A stretch of 64,000 bases of DNA from Monocercomonoides exilis PA203 (GCA_001643675.2 LSRY02000052.1:434001-498000); one strand, 5' to 3'. Shown: positions 13,440 to 26,757, counted from the first letter of the stretch. A program made the numbers and translations. Notes: generated by a model from the sequence alone, not told the origin.

Positions 13440-14009
13440 CAGATGTCGCACAAAATACCGGACAAGATCGCTTTCACAATAACTGAAAGAGAAACAATTC
13501 TGAAAATTTTCCTCAAATTTTATCTCATCAATGCAAACTCATTTGATATGCAAAACTTTCTTTATTGCTTCATTTGTGCTTAGAAAAAAGTTATTTTAAA
13601 AGTTTTGCATATCAAATGGTGGTAAATATTGACTTTCAAGCTTTTTTTGCACAAAGCACAAAAAAACTGCTTCACTCTTAACTTTATTTCGCTTTCTCAG
13701 ATTTCAAAATAAATTTGATTTTCATATCCTTTAACAGGTATCATTGAAATCAAAACAAAAAGTTTTCCAACATTTCACGAATTTCAAAAAATGAACACAT
13801 TTTTATTGCATTTTTTGTTCTCAAAAAGCTTACCAAAAGTGCGTTATTTTTCAATGAAAATACCTGAAGACAAATATTTTGTACCAAATGAGTTTGCATT
13901 GATGAGATAAAATTTGAGGAAAATTTTCAGAATTGTTCCTCTTTCAGTTATTGTGAAAGCGATCTTGTCCGGTATTTTGTGCGCTGTCCGGTATTTCATG
14001 CGATATCTG
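13440..14009. mobile_element. Tc1/mariner-type non-autonomous element (MITE) with ~105-bp TIRs and TA target duplication
   Basis: The ends read TA|CAGATGTCGCA... and ...TGCGATATCTG|TA. Bases 13447-13545 match the reverse complement of 13885-13983 with one mismatch. The right TIR has an extra copy of the AAATACCGGACA unit. There is no convincing internal coding sequence. Confidence 0.75.
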
Positions 14010-14747
14010 TATGTTGAATATCCACTTTTCAGTATTCATTCAAAAACATAAGAGACGATTATTCAAACCGAAATTGTTCACAAAAAAAGTCTGACTTCAA
14101 AAATAATTACACGAATATCCTTTTTTTAGTTTTTCAGAAAGAGAAATTTTGAAATTTATAATTTCATTTTGAAACTTTTGAATTCGAATGTCTTGCATTC
14201 ATATTCACTTGAACATATTTTATCCCCAGAAATTTGAAACACTTTTTTTGGGGACTTTGACATTCAACGAAGTGTGATTTGACTGGTTGGTTTGCAAAGT
14301 CGGAGAGCACTCGAAATGCTGCTAACACCAGAACATCCAACAAACACGATGTTTTGAATGTTTTGAGAATGAATCTGTGTCAACTTCAAAAAGGATTCTT
14401 CGATTGCTCTTGATTTTGAAATCAAATGGCATTTTTAAAACGACACATTCTTCAAGCTGTCTTTCAGAAAAAGAAAAAGAAAAAGAAAAGAATTAAATAT
14501 TGCAAACAATTTTTTGACTCACAGCCAAAGTGATCGCCAAAAAAAAAATTAAAGCAAATTTGAAATGACGTGGAGGATAAACTCCAGAATCAAAATAAAA
14601 TAAAAAATAAAATAAAATAAAAAATGAAATTAAAAATTTATGCAAATCAATAAATAAATAAATATTTATTTGAATGTTCGAATAAATATTCAGCTATCTA
14701 TTCGTCAAGTGCTCGCTTCCGAGGCAGCCACCCATTCCCACCCCATT

Positions 14748-16845
14748 CTATGGAGTGACTCTTCCCATATACCGCGGATACATGCACGCGTCTCGGATGT
14801 GGTACGTGTTCGTCAGCCAGCACAGAATTCGCTCCACCCCAAGTCCAAATCCGCTGTGTGGCGCTGTCCCATACTTCCTCAGGTCCAGATACCAGTTAAA
14901 TGGCTTCGGATCCATCTTCCTCTCTTCCAGCACTTTGCACAGCTCGTCGTAGTCTGAAATCCTGCTGCTTCCCCCAATAATTTCTCCAACCGTCGGCACA
15001 AGAACATCCACACTTTCTGTAAACAGCGGGTCGTCTTTGCATTTCTGATCAATAATTCCCATCAGCCCCCAGCCACACCAAAAATCAAAACAATGCAATA
15101 AACACAAAAACACGTTTTAAACACAATATTCATAATCGCGAAACTCTCAAAAAAAAAAAAGAAGAAGAAGAAAGTATTCACCACACCTTCATGTAAAATG
15201 CTTTTTGGCACGCTGGGAATCGCATCAGCATAACCGGCACGTTGATGGTGTCCACAAGAAACCGCTCTGGCTTCTCTGGAATGTCGTCGGGATATTCATA
15301 ATATGTTCCATCTTCTTTCTTCACATCGTGATCCTTCAGCCATCTGCATTAAAAAAAGAAGAAGAAGAAATAAAACATGTAATAAATAAATAAATAAATA
15401 AGCAAATAAAATATAGCCTGCTCTATCAAAACACATCCACCCACGAAAGTCTCATCCTCACGTGTTTCATACTGGATGGCTTCCATATATGTCATTCGCT
15501 TAAACGGTCGCTGCAGGGGCTTAAAGTCCTTGTTGAGCACGCTCAGATCGTCCTTGCACACCTCTATCATCTTGTCGATGACAGTGCATATGAAGTCTTC
15601 TATGAAGCCAAGAAACGCATCAAACTCCATAAACGGCATTTCTGCCTCAAGATGAGTGAACTCTGCCAAATGCCGCCTGGTTGTGCTCTTTTCTGCTCTG
15701 CAATTTCCACAAAATCAAGCGACAAGAAAGTTATAATGAATGAATGAATGAAACAATAGTTCGGTGAATAAATTGCGTAAAAACATTACAATTTGGTTTG
15801 TTTTGTTTTTTTAAAAAATAAAAAATAAATAATTAAAATAAAAAATAAATAATTAAAATAAAAAATAAAAACTCACTAATAAATCGATTAATCATCCAAA
15901 CCTATAGCTCGGCAGAATGCAGAACACATTTCCTAATGATTGTATCACAGTTTCCAAATACAGTTGCGACGATTCCGTCAGAAACGCTGTTTGGTCGTAA
16001 TACTTAATAGCAAACATTTCAGATCCGCCCTCGCAAGCATTCTTCACAATCGTTGGCGGCGTAACCTCCTCAAAGTTTTTGGAATAAAGATACTTTCGAT
16101 ATTCAAACAAAAGCCTCGACCGAACTCTCATTGTTCTCGTAAGAATGTCTCCTCTGTGCTGCAGATGGCGATAATTCATTCTTTGCTCAACCCCACTGTC
16201 AGGGTTCAACAGCTGCTCAAATTCTGCTGGGCATGGCCCAATCACTTCAACATAATCCAACAAAATCTCAAATGGCGATATTTCTGTTGTTCCTTTCTGC
16301 ACTGTGCCCCACGCATCGATGGTGCTTTCTCTCGTCAAGTTTACAATAACATCTGACTTTGCAAGCGCCCCGTGCGCAACACACTGAACTTGCTTCCCCA
16401 GATTTCTCAACGCAATAAAAACAAGGTTTTTCCCGTGCATCCGGATTGATGAAACCCACCCGAACGAATGTATCCGTTCCCCGAGATGCTCTGGAACGTC
16501 TCCAACCTTGACTTCGGGAGCTGTTGGATCGCTGTTGGTGATTTGGATTGAACTCGAAGGAGTCGAAGATGACGACGCTGCGTCTGATGGAGTCTCTGAA
16601 GACGACGCTTTCGCTTCTTCGCGCTTGGCTGCCTTCAATTCCTTTGTCAGATTGCGTCGGATTTCCTTTTCCTTCTTCTTCCTCCCGCTTGTAGTGACTT
16701 TTCCTCCTGTCGATATAATCTCTTCTTCATATTTCTTCAGCCCTTCTGCAAGCCTCTTCAAATACTCTGGCGGCAATTCCTCGAACGTCCCTTGCTTTTT
16801 CGTTTTTTCTTCCTCGATTTCAACCTTTGAATCCGCAGTTGACAT
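14748..16845 (-). CDS. NARS1: Asparaginyl-tRNA synthetase, cytosolic type, 4 exons (copy 1)
   Basis: OB-fold start ([19 protein letters not shown]), [10 protein letters not shown], spliced motif 2 [33 protein letters not shown], and motif 3 [22 protein letters not shown]. Three GT-AG introns restore the frame. Confidence 0.93.
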
Positions 16846-17073
16846 GAATTGTTATTCGATCAATTCCCATCATTTGATTATATTTCATTAATTTTTTTCT
16901 GGCCAGGTTTGCAAGAACAGAATGGCCCGCGGGCAGGGTGCTTCCTCTGCACACAAAACAAGCGAAACAGGAGATTGAATGAAAGGCAGCCATAATATTA
17001 GAAATATTTTCTGATTTTGCATGCTTCTTTGCTTTTGCGCGAAGTTTCCTTGTATTTGCGTATTGTTTTCGAT

Positions 17074-19540
17074 ATGAGTCTAATTTATTCTTCGGAGGCG
17101 TCGCACTATCGCTTGTGGCCGTTTTCTTCTGAAAATGCTGCTTCAAGCGTGCTGCAGTCTTCGTGTTCTTCTTCATCGTCTCATCCATTTGGAATAAGCG
17201 CCCCACACACCCAAGAGCCGTGCAGCAAACCCTTTTTGCCTTGCTTGATTCGATTCGGCCAGACAGCCCGAACCGAGGACGAAAGCTGCTGTGATGCGTC
17301 TCAGAATCATTGCTATGAAAAAACCGTTTCTCAAGGTTATCCGAAGTCGTGCTTCGTTGGCAGCAGTCAACTTCTTTCGTGTGGCCGGACGAGCACCAAG
17401 GATGACGATGGAGAAGGCTGGGGATGCGAAGCTTTATGGCAGGATAACTTTGAAGGAAAAAAGGATTTGAAGGATTTGAAGGATTTGCAGCCGAATGCGA
17501 AGAAGTTGCTGGAGTTTGAGCCTATTGTTGGGTCTCCTCCACTGACAAATATAGCCGCGCCTGGAGCTGGTGTCGAAGCATGGAACGAGATTTCTTGCCA
17601 ATCGACTGGGAAGAGGATCTGGAAAAAGGAAAGCAGGTGTTTTGAGTCACCTTCGAAGGGCAAGAGCGCAGAATTTCACGAACGCTTTTTTGTGGGGACG
17701 GTTCAAGGGTATGTTCAGGAGTGTGCAAAGGAGCTTGCTTGGCGGGAGGAAAAGAAAGAAAGCGAAATCCGAGATGAAAATGTGATTTCTCAAGGAAACA
17801 ACAACAGAATGGAGTCTCGTTCTGGCCCTGACGAGCACAACAGCCGCAGCACGAAGCAGTCGCCTGGGTTGGATTCTGTTGGGTCGTGGTCGTCTCTTTC
17901 GGACTCTTCATTGGAGGAGCATCTGGCGCAGAATTTTGTCGACTGGCAGCCAGTGGATGTGATGCAGAGGGAGAGATGCGCAGATGTGGACTTTACAGTG
18001 AGAGGAGAAAAGAGAACGGAAATAGCAGAGGAAAAGAAGGAGGAGATGGTTGGGCGGTGGCGGCGCTATGAGCTGGAGAGCAGAACGAGGGAGGATGGAG
18101 GTGTTTTGGCAGAGGGGGAAAGCAGCAGCAAAGAACAGGAGAAAGGAAAAGAAAAGTTGGAGGGAGAGAAAGATATGGTGAATGGGAATCGGGGGAGATT
18201 GAAGGTGATCAAAAGGGAAATCAAAGAGGCGAGAGAGTACTACAAAGTGTTTGGTGTTTGGGTTAGAAAAAACTGGGGTGGAGAAGAAGAAGAAGAAGTG
18301 CGGCTGTGGGAGGAAGCTGAAAGAAGGGTGAGAGAAAAAGAGAGAAAGGGATGTTGGAAGGGGGAAGAAGGAGATGCCATTTGCGCAACAATCGAAGAGC
18401 TGAAGACCAAAACGAAAGAAGGCGAAACAGGTAAAATGGAAGAAGAATCAGAAAAAGAAAAAAGAAAAAGAGGGGATGCTTCGGCTGCGGATTGAAAGAG
18501 AAGAAGCAAAGCAGAAAGAGAAGGAGTGGAAAGAAGCAATGAGCGATATGGAACGGTATGAGCTGAGTCTGCGAAAGGACTATGAAAAGAAGAGTAGAAT
18601 CGACTGCACAAAGGACAGTGATTGCCGTTCTTCACTTCGAGAGTGTCATGTTCTTTCTTTGCCCACGGAAGATTCAACACCATGTGAAAAGGGCAATGCG
18701 ACTGCGAGCTCAAGTGATCTGTGCAGAATATCCCCAGCGTTGCCATCTGGGCACTGGCAGGATGCGGCTGTAATTGCTCAAGCTGTCCTGAATTCATCAT
18801 CTTGCTCCCCTGCTCCCTTTATTCCCTTTGCTCCAGAGCCTGCTCCACCGTTTGCGAACTTGCTTGGACCTCGCTTGTGCTCCTTCAGAAATCAGCATTT
18901 AATCAATCAGAAATATTCATCAAATTTGACCATTGCTTCTCCTCGTGCAGCATTTGGGCCATCTCCATATTTTAACTCAGCAAATGATCCGTCATTCAAA
19001 TCCTTTGTTTTGTCATCGCTGCCTCGCCTCAAATGCTCTGGTGATGATATTTTCTGCCGGAATTCATTCAACCCTTGCTGTATTGAAAATCCACCATTTC
19101 CCGTCCAAAAGGAAGGAGCTTCTGAAGTATTTTCTGCAATGTCGAATACTTGCTCTGATGATAATATAAACGATTCGAAAGCGAGTGTCAAACACCTGTC
19201 AAGTGATGTTTCAATAGAAAATCATTGCATTACCACATCATTTATTTCATTTGCCTTTTTCAAAAGCAAAGTTCGGGCTAATCTCCTCAAGGCCGAACTT
19301 CGTGGGTTGCACGATAAAGGAAAATTGATCATGCGTGCTCGGCTGCTGTCTCAAACTCCTCCACAGATGAGATTTTTGTGGAGCTTTGATGAGCCTCCGG
19401 AGAACGTTAAAAAGGAGTGGAAAAGGTGGTTTTATCTGAAAGGAAGGTTCAAAGGTAAGTACTCAAAAAAACAGCTTGAAGCAATATTTTTAGAAAAGAA
19501 AAGCAAAGAAAATCGAAACTGCGAAGAAAAGCCAACCTGA
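17074..19540 (+). CDS. Hypothetical protein of a locally expanded family (~820 aa), with an apparent 1-nt frameshift in an A-run near 18470
   Basis: The 492-aa and 354-aa ORFs are fused in the mirror copy (690-aa ORF). ATG at 17074 (MSLIYSS). It shares the IKREIKEA...VFGVW...KNW...LWEEAE motif with the 40256 and 42806 ORFs. Confidence 0.65.
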
Positions 19541-20654
19541 AAGGGGAAAAAAAGATTTTTTTTAGTCATTAAGAGGTAAGATTGCTTATTAAAATAGAAG
19601 GTAGTAAATAATAATGCATTATTTTATATTTTTTGCGTTTTATTGATATGAAAGCTTTGTTTGACTTTAGTTGTTTTGAGTGAAAATTATTGTTGGTTAT
19701 TTGTATTTGTTTGACTTATGTTCGAATTATAATAGATGAAATTTGAATAGACTTGTTCAATTCAAATAAATCCATTTAATTCAAATAAAGTTAGTTTATT
19801 TTAAATGAAGTTGGTATATTTTAAATAGATATTTTACCATAACTATGAATTGTTTCGTAAAAAATTATAAATTCTGGATACAAACAAGTTTTTTCAAATA
19901 GTTCAACTTTTTAGACGAAACATCTATGTTGTTCCTGTAATTACTCATTCTTTCGATAAATATAGTTTTTTTACTGATAAACCATGAAAAACCCGTAACA
20001 AGTCTGTCTTTCTCGTAATAACCCTGTCTTTTTTGGTATTCATTTAAATGAAATTGTTGTGGGTTAATGAAAAAAACTTTCAAATCCATCAGTCAGCGAA
20101 TGAATTTCTATATTTGATTGATTTCATTTGTTTATCATGTTGTGAACATTCATTCTCGATGAAAAAATGACATAATTTTCGTTTATCAAAAGAAAAATTG
20201 GTCGAATATTTGAAATATTTTCCATTGTTTTTTGCAAATGTGTGAATGTTTTTTTGTTGTTTTTTTGAAAATCAAAAAATCTCCAGAAACATTATTATTT
20301 CTCAATGCGACAATGGTTTCCATTAAAAGAAATGCTCTTTGACAGATATCATGAGTTATTCTCGTAACAAATGCTTCTTATCCGTAATAACTGCGACTTA
20401 TTAGTAATAAGTTCATTATTCAGAAAAGAATCACACTCTCCGTAAAATATCTAATGAAGATTATTTATTCAAATTAACGCTGAAATCCATCTTGAAAATG
20501 TACTTAAAAAATTATATTTTATCTTTCAAAATTGCTAAATGGTACATTTGGTGTTGTTTTTTAAAGAATAAATAATTCAATTTTTAAAACAATTTTGATC
20601 TTTTAGTTTTTAATTGGAAATATGACAAAATTCCAACAAAATGAGCTTCAAAGT

Positions 20655-20817
20655 CAAAAAAAAAAAAAGAAAAAGAAAAAAAAAAAAAAAGAAAGAAAGA
20701 AAAGAAAAGAAAAGAAAAGAAAAGAAAAGAAAAGAAAAGAAAAGAAAAGAAAAGAAAAAGAAAAAAAAAAAGAAAAGAAAAGAAAGAAAAGAAAAAGAAA
20801 GAAAAGAAAAGAAAAAA
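20655..20817. repeat. A-rich/(AAAAG)n microsatellite, mirrored at ~33112-33260
   Basis: Directly visible. Its length differs between the two arms. Confidence 0.95.
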
Positions 20818-21779
20818 CTTGAGAGTTTAAGAAATCCTTTGCGACAATTAAATTTTTTGTGAATTGAGTCGGTCGAATTTGCAAAGGAATGTCGACAAAC
20901 TTCTAATTAATAAGAATAGATTGTTTTTTGATTAAAAACTTTTTTTCAGAAATAAATAATTGAAAATTATTAATTCTTTATATTCAAAAAAATAGTTTAA
21001 TATTTTTTTCACCATTATTTTGATTGTTCTGATGTCAAATTGAATTGAGGGATAGATCAAAATGTTTTTCCTGGAATAACTCTGTCAGGCTTTGTTTGCA
21101 CTCTGTTTTTCGGTGTACAAACTGTATGTACTTTGTTAATCTGTAATCTTGATCATAAATCGTCTTTGTCTTTATATTATCGTTAAATTTTTCAAATAAG
21201 ATATTCTTTTTATTTTATCTCTATTGTTATGCATAATTGTAATTATCATCAGTTAAACAGAACAAACGCAATCAAATTAATTTTGAAATTGGTTGCTTTG
21301 ATTTAATGAATCTTCAAACTTTAAGATAAAAAATCTCGAAAGTTTTTCACGAAAAAAGATCGCACTTTTAAGTTTTGTTTCTGATTTTCTTAGAATTGTT
21401 TCGTTATTTCCAGATATATTCTTTATTGTTAATTATTTTTTTAATTATTACATGGATTTAGTCTAACTTAATTCTTGTTATTATATTTTTTTACAAACAA
21501 TAGAAAAATTTTTCAAAAAATCAGTGTAGCTTTCAGTTGCTGACTCCTTTTTCAAATTTCTGATATTCCAGAATAAGTATTATTAATAAACTGGTTTGAA
21601 AAGTCAATTGATTGTAAATTTTTCGTTCTTTGTAAACGACAGAAATTTCGATCAAGCTTGTTCATGAAAAATTTAAACAAGAAGATATATATGTTGATTT
21701 GGGAAAGTGTTTAAAAAGAATATTATATTGACTATGTCTTATCTACTTTTAAATATTTATTTGTTAACTGTTTGTTGAA

Positions 21780-22837
21780 AAAATGCCTTTGTATGAATAT
21801 CGGGTTAGAAAATAAATGAGTTTTGGATCAAAAGAGTAGGTCCAAAGCTGGATGAGCTTGTATCGATGGAGATGATGCTGGAAAAGTTTCAAAAGAGAAA
21901 GGAGAACAATGTAGAAAGGAAAAAAATGAATAGATCGCGGAGAATATGTGAGAAAAATGTTATTCATTCAGAGACATAAAAACATTCGTTGAGTGAGAGC
22001 GGATCGACAGAATACATTCTGGGGAAAGATTCAGATAAGATTCCTGATTGGGCTTTAGAAAAGGAAGAGGAGGAAGAGACAAGGAAACGAACTCCCTCAC
22101 CTTCTATCTCATCCACTTCAACAACAGACACAGATGCAACATTTGTTCTTGGGGAGGATCTGTGTCCAACTTCTTCTTCCATGTCTAACTTAGTTGATTC
22201 AATAGCTTGTTCTTCGCATCATAAAAAATTGATTGTGAATCTGAAAGATTCACTGTTCATGCTGCTTCATGGGAGGAATAATACAAAGGAGATGACGATA
22301 GGAACGCTGGAAGAAAGAATGATAACTGCTTCCCAAATCCTGTTCTGGGTAACCAATGGAGCTCTTCATTCATTTGACGAAATGGAAAATCCACTCCAAT
22401 CATTGGACAATTTGAGTCCTCACATTGTGTTGTTCTCTGAGCACGTGGTGATTTGTATTGTGATGCAAACTGGGAGTTCTTCGTCAGAGGATTCGGGCAC
22501 ATCGTCTGTGTCATCGTTGAACATTGTCTCGTCATCATCAAATGTGTCGGTGATGAGCGAGAGGTTCACGGACTCGCTGCTGCCTTCGTCGGCGTTTGAG
22601 GATGAAGAAGGGGAAAAGGAGTATTTGCGGTGGAGGACGCTGGAGCTGCTGGATGGGAGGAAGAGGCATGCGACAAAGAAGTCGGTTGTGTTTTCGATGG
22701 GGATGATGCTGTTGGAGTGCATGACGCTGGCGATCCCGTTTGGGGGTGTGAAACACAGGCAGCTGGAGATACGATACGGAGAAAAACCAAAGAATATAGT
22801 AACTGATGAGCCGTTTCTTGAGATGGTTGCGAGATAA
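21780..22837 (+). pseudogene. Relic of a tyrosine-kinase-like C-terminal domain from an expanded gene family
   Basis: RWRTLELL...ATKKSVVFSMGMMLLECMTLAIPFG resembles kinase subdomains VIII-IX. The catalytic loop is degenerate (DNLSPHIVL). There is no ATG at the ORF start, and the upstream sequence looks coding but is interrupted by stops. Confidence 0.65.
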
Positions 22838-23765
22838 CAGAGGGAACTGATATTTCAAAATAACGAACAATGTCAAAAGAGTTATATCATTTTCAACAGT
22901 TATCAAAAAATTGTTTTTTATTTTCTTTCTTTATTATTTTTATTGTTATTTATTATTAATTTGTATCAATAACAGCACACCTTTTATATTAACATGACAT
23001 GTCCTGGTGAATTTTCTTTTTTGGTGAAATAATCGAGTTAGAGACATGTTTTCCAATCTTTCTTTAGAACTTGGAGAAGTTCTAATTTTTTTTAATTTTG
23101 CTTTCTGACATTAATTTTTATTCAATTTTTCTCACACATTGAAAACAATAATTGCACAAATATTTATCCATTAATGAACAATTAAAGCATATTGCGAAGA
23201 TAAATACACGAAAAAAACCAAACTGAATGAACAAAAGTGTTCTTTGTTGCAAAGAAACATTGATTTGATTTGGTGATATGAAAAAATACATTATCTCAGA
23301 AAATACATGGTTAACAGCAATTATTATCAGTTTTAAAAATCACTCGTCATTCAGAAGAATGAAAAACGTTCGAATTCGAAACGAAAGTTCCACGAACATT
23401 GTTGAACGCATCGATTTGGATGAATAGCAACTGAAAGCTAAGAAGATTATTTTATTTAAATAAATAAATAAATATATTTTCAAGTATTCATTCACAGTCT
23501 TCAGATGATTCAATAAAAAAATTAAGCATGCCTTGTTTTTGAAACTCATTTGTCTTCTTCTTTATTGCTTTATGCTTAAATTGATGTTAAATATAAAAAG
23601 TCAATATAAAAACATTTAGGAAATAAACAATACCAAACATTGTTCAGAAAACTGCAATATTTTGAAGGCATTATTATCAGGTTTCACACATTTCTCAGAA
23701 CTCATCACTGAAAAGTTAAAAGATTGCTTTTCCTTTCAAATCATTTAATCTTCAAAAAGATTCCT

Positions 23766-26749
23766 TTATAAAAGAAGCAATGCATTAAGTGTTTCTGGTG
23801 CAAGTGAGTACCTTCTGTCTCCAATAATTCGTCTTAAGCGAGAGAAAATTCTCTCGCAAGATGCTTCGCTGCAGGGAAACATTGTTAAAGAATAGCAAAT
23901 ATTGGCAAAAATTGTGGGAATAATTCCTTGCTTGCTGATTTCAGAATAGAAAACTTGAGAATTATGATGTTCCACATGCAGAGAGTTGTCCAGGAAAATT
24001 GAAGAAAAGAGAGCGTTGAGGCTATCAATATGGCAAGAAGCCTTCAGACATGAAATTTTAGAAAGATAATCATTGAATGCTGACTTTAATCTGAGAAACC
24101 AATCCATACTGATTGTTTGTTGGATTTTGAATAGAGATTTCTTGATTTGTTCTGCTGACATTGTTCTATCAATGACTGGAAATTCATTTGCACCAAGTTC
24201 TTCAACGTCTTTGTCATCTTCTGAAGTGCTTTCAACATTATCTGAGCATTTGTCTTCCTTTTTTTCAGCTGAATTTGATTGCATGTCATGATCTTCAAGT
24301 TGTGTATGTTTTTTTCTTGTATCGTAAAATGATGACTCTTGCTCACATCCTACACAAAAAGGAGAAAGAACCTCGAATTCATCATCAGCTGCATTGATTT
24401 CTGCTTGAATAATGCCTGCTTCGTCGAAATCAATTTCATAGAGGTTTTCATCTTCATTTGAAATTGCTTCTTTTTCAATAAGTGAATTTTCTGTCAAAAG
24501 AGTTAATAAATGCAGCAAACTGTTGTTTGGTGTATAGATTGGTGAAGTCGATGATATGGAGTGCAAATCTTTTGGAAGCGGCTGAAGTTGAACTTGTGTT
24601 TCGGTAATTGCTTCTGCTATTTTATCTTTTTCTGGGCTTATAAGTTGGAGAGCAGAATAAAAAGTCTCAACCGATAACGGAGAAGAGAATGTTGGGTGAG
24701 GAAAATTTGTTGGAAAATTTGTTTTTTCACTCTTCGAAAAAAATGAAAGCGCATATTGTTTGTCTGTAAAAAATCCATTTTCGCTGTTCTTATCTTCCAT
24801 TTCATGAGAAAGTGTTCGTAACTTTTTCTGTTGATTCTTTGTGAACACAGTATTTGGAATTTCTTTAGAAGGACAAAGAAAGACAGAGTTACTTGGCATA
24901 ATATCTTTTGTGGATTGAATAGATGTGTCGCAACGCATCCTTTGAATTTGAGTTTGATCTGAATCCTTTGAAAATGCAGATGAACATTTGAATAGCCTGT
25001 ATTTTTCTTTCAATGTCATAAGTTCTGTTGAATAAGACTTTGAAAGCAAACCGTTTCTATAGTCAAGTATACTAATTGGAGTTAAGGAATGAGCCAAAGC
25101 GATTTGATCTCCTCGTTCTTTCCCTAAAAATGAATTGAACAGTTGGATTACAATAAAGCAAACTCCATATTGCCAATCGGGGGAAGAAAATTCCTCAAGA
25201 TCTTGCAACCACATGTATTGCGCAATGGATTTCAGAACATTGGGAAACACATCGCCAAGTTTTGTTTCATCGTTTTCAAATAACAACTGCAGTTGTTTCA
25301 GTGGTGCAAGTAATAATTCACATCGGATCACATCATCAATTTTTTCTTTGGATAAAAAATCTGTAAATGACGTATTGTGAAAATTTTTTGTTATGAAACA
25401 ACATATTTCGAAAAGACAAAGCCACCTTGTTTCTATGAAAGAGGGGCATTTCGGTAAAAACGGGTTCTTTGTTGATGATTTTCTTGTAAACTTTGAAAAT
25501 GATGTAATTTCTTCCTTTAATTGAACGAAAAATGAATAATCCTTAAAAAGGCGTGTGACAATTAAATTGATTAAGTGGTTACAACAATAAACAAATATCG
25601 GTGAAATTTTCTTCGGTGTTTCTTCGACTGAGCACAACTTCGAATGATCTGCAAAGCTTTGAATTGCGAGTTTTTGTGGAAGCAAGCCGTCCGTGCAAAA
25701 ACAGCGCACTTCTCCTTTCAAATTCGAAACTTCTCCAATAATATCATTAGCCAGATAGAAATAATCAGTGGTTGTGAAACATGCCTTTTCAATTTTCCAG
25801 AAAAATGGAGATGCCTTTGTCTGCAACGGAACAATTGTGATGACAGTGTATTTTTTTCCAGCAACTATCCCTCCGTCCATCATTACGGCAACCATTGAAT
25901 TGAATATTTTTGCATTTCGTTCAGAAATTCTTTTCTTTCCTTCTTCTTGAATAAGTGCTGTCAGCTTTCTATATGTGAGAGTTGGAAATATGGTCGTAGG
26001 TGAAAGAGATGGATTATGTTGAGATACAATTATTAATGAAGATATAAATTTATTGAATTCATTGGAGTAAGCAGAAAGAAAAGCAATGTTGCAATGACCA
26101 ATTAAATGTAAATATTGCTCAACCAACGAATCAAATTGAAAATGAGTTGGAACAATTTTCTTTGCTGACGCTTCAGACAATCTTGAAGATGGATGAAACT
26201 TGAAATATGGTAAAATTGTTGATGCAGTTGTCAATGCGCATCGATGATTCACAACTTTATCGCATCCTTTTCGTCCGGAGATGGCACAATTGATTCCTTG
26301 TTTGCTGTTTGGACACAAGAAATAAATATGTCCATCTTTTTTAAGAGATCCATCTGTCTTGACAGGAGTATATGCCAACCAAAGCTTTCCATCGCATGTT
26401 TCAAAGTGAATTTTACCAATTTCTTCTCCAGTATTTTTTGGGTGCTTGTAGACTAGATTTTAAGCAGAAAAATGCAAATTAATCTGAGTGATATTTTATA
26501 AGAAACATACAATTTCCGCCATTGGATGATTTTGTTCTTGTTAATTCCACGAAAGTGCATTCATAGTTCTTTAATTCCTCAACTTTTCTTTCAAACGCTT
26601 CAAGCTGCAAAGATGAATCATATTAAAAAATAAATAATTATACATGCTGGGGTAAAATGAGATTGCCAAACAATATTTTTCGCTGACATGCATCTTTGTA
26701 ATTCAATCGACAATTCTTTGATAAAGTTATTTTTAGTCATTTCACTCAT
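23766..26749 (-). mobile_element. hAT-superfamily DDE transposase-like gene, intact copy, probably with 2 short 5' introns
   Basis: Motifs: VMMDG (D1), FCTDG (D2), CCNHLINL (CxxH), ETRW, and a C-terminal hAT dimerisation-type segment PCSEASCERIFSRLRRIIGDRRYSLAPETLNALLL (E). A Cys/His cluster near the N-terminus may be a zinc finger. A GTATGT...TAG intron extends the ORF upstream, and the predicted ATG is at 26749. Confidence 0.88.
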
Positions 26750-26757
26750 TTTTCAAA

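Noticed and set aside
20622-20884. Lys/Arg-rich and Phe-rich ORFs, or a retroposon poly(A) tail
   Set aside because: They are translations of an (AAAAG)n microsatellite, with no recognisable retroelement body or TSD.
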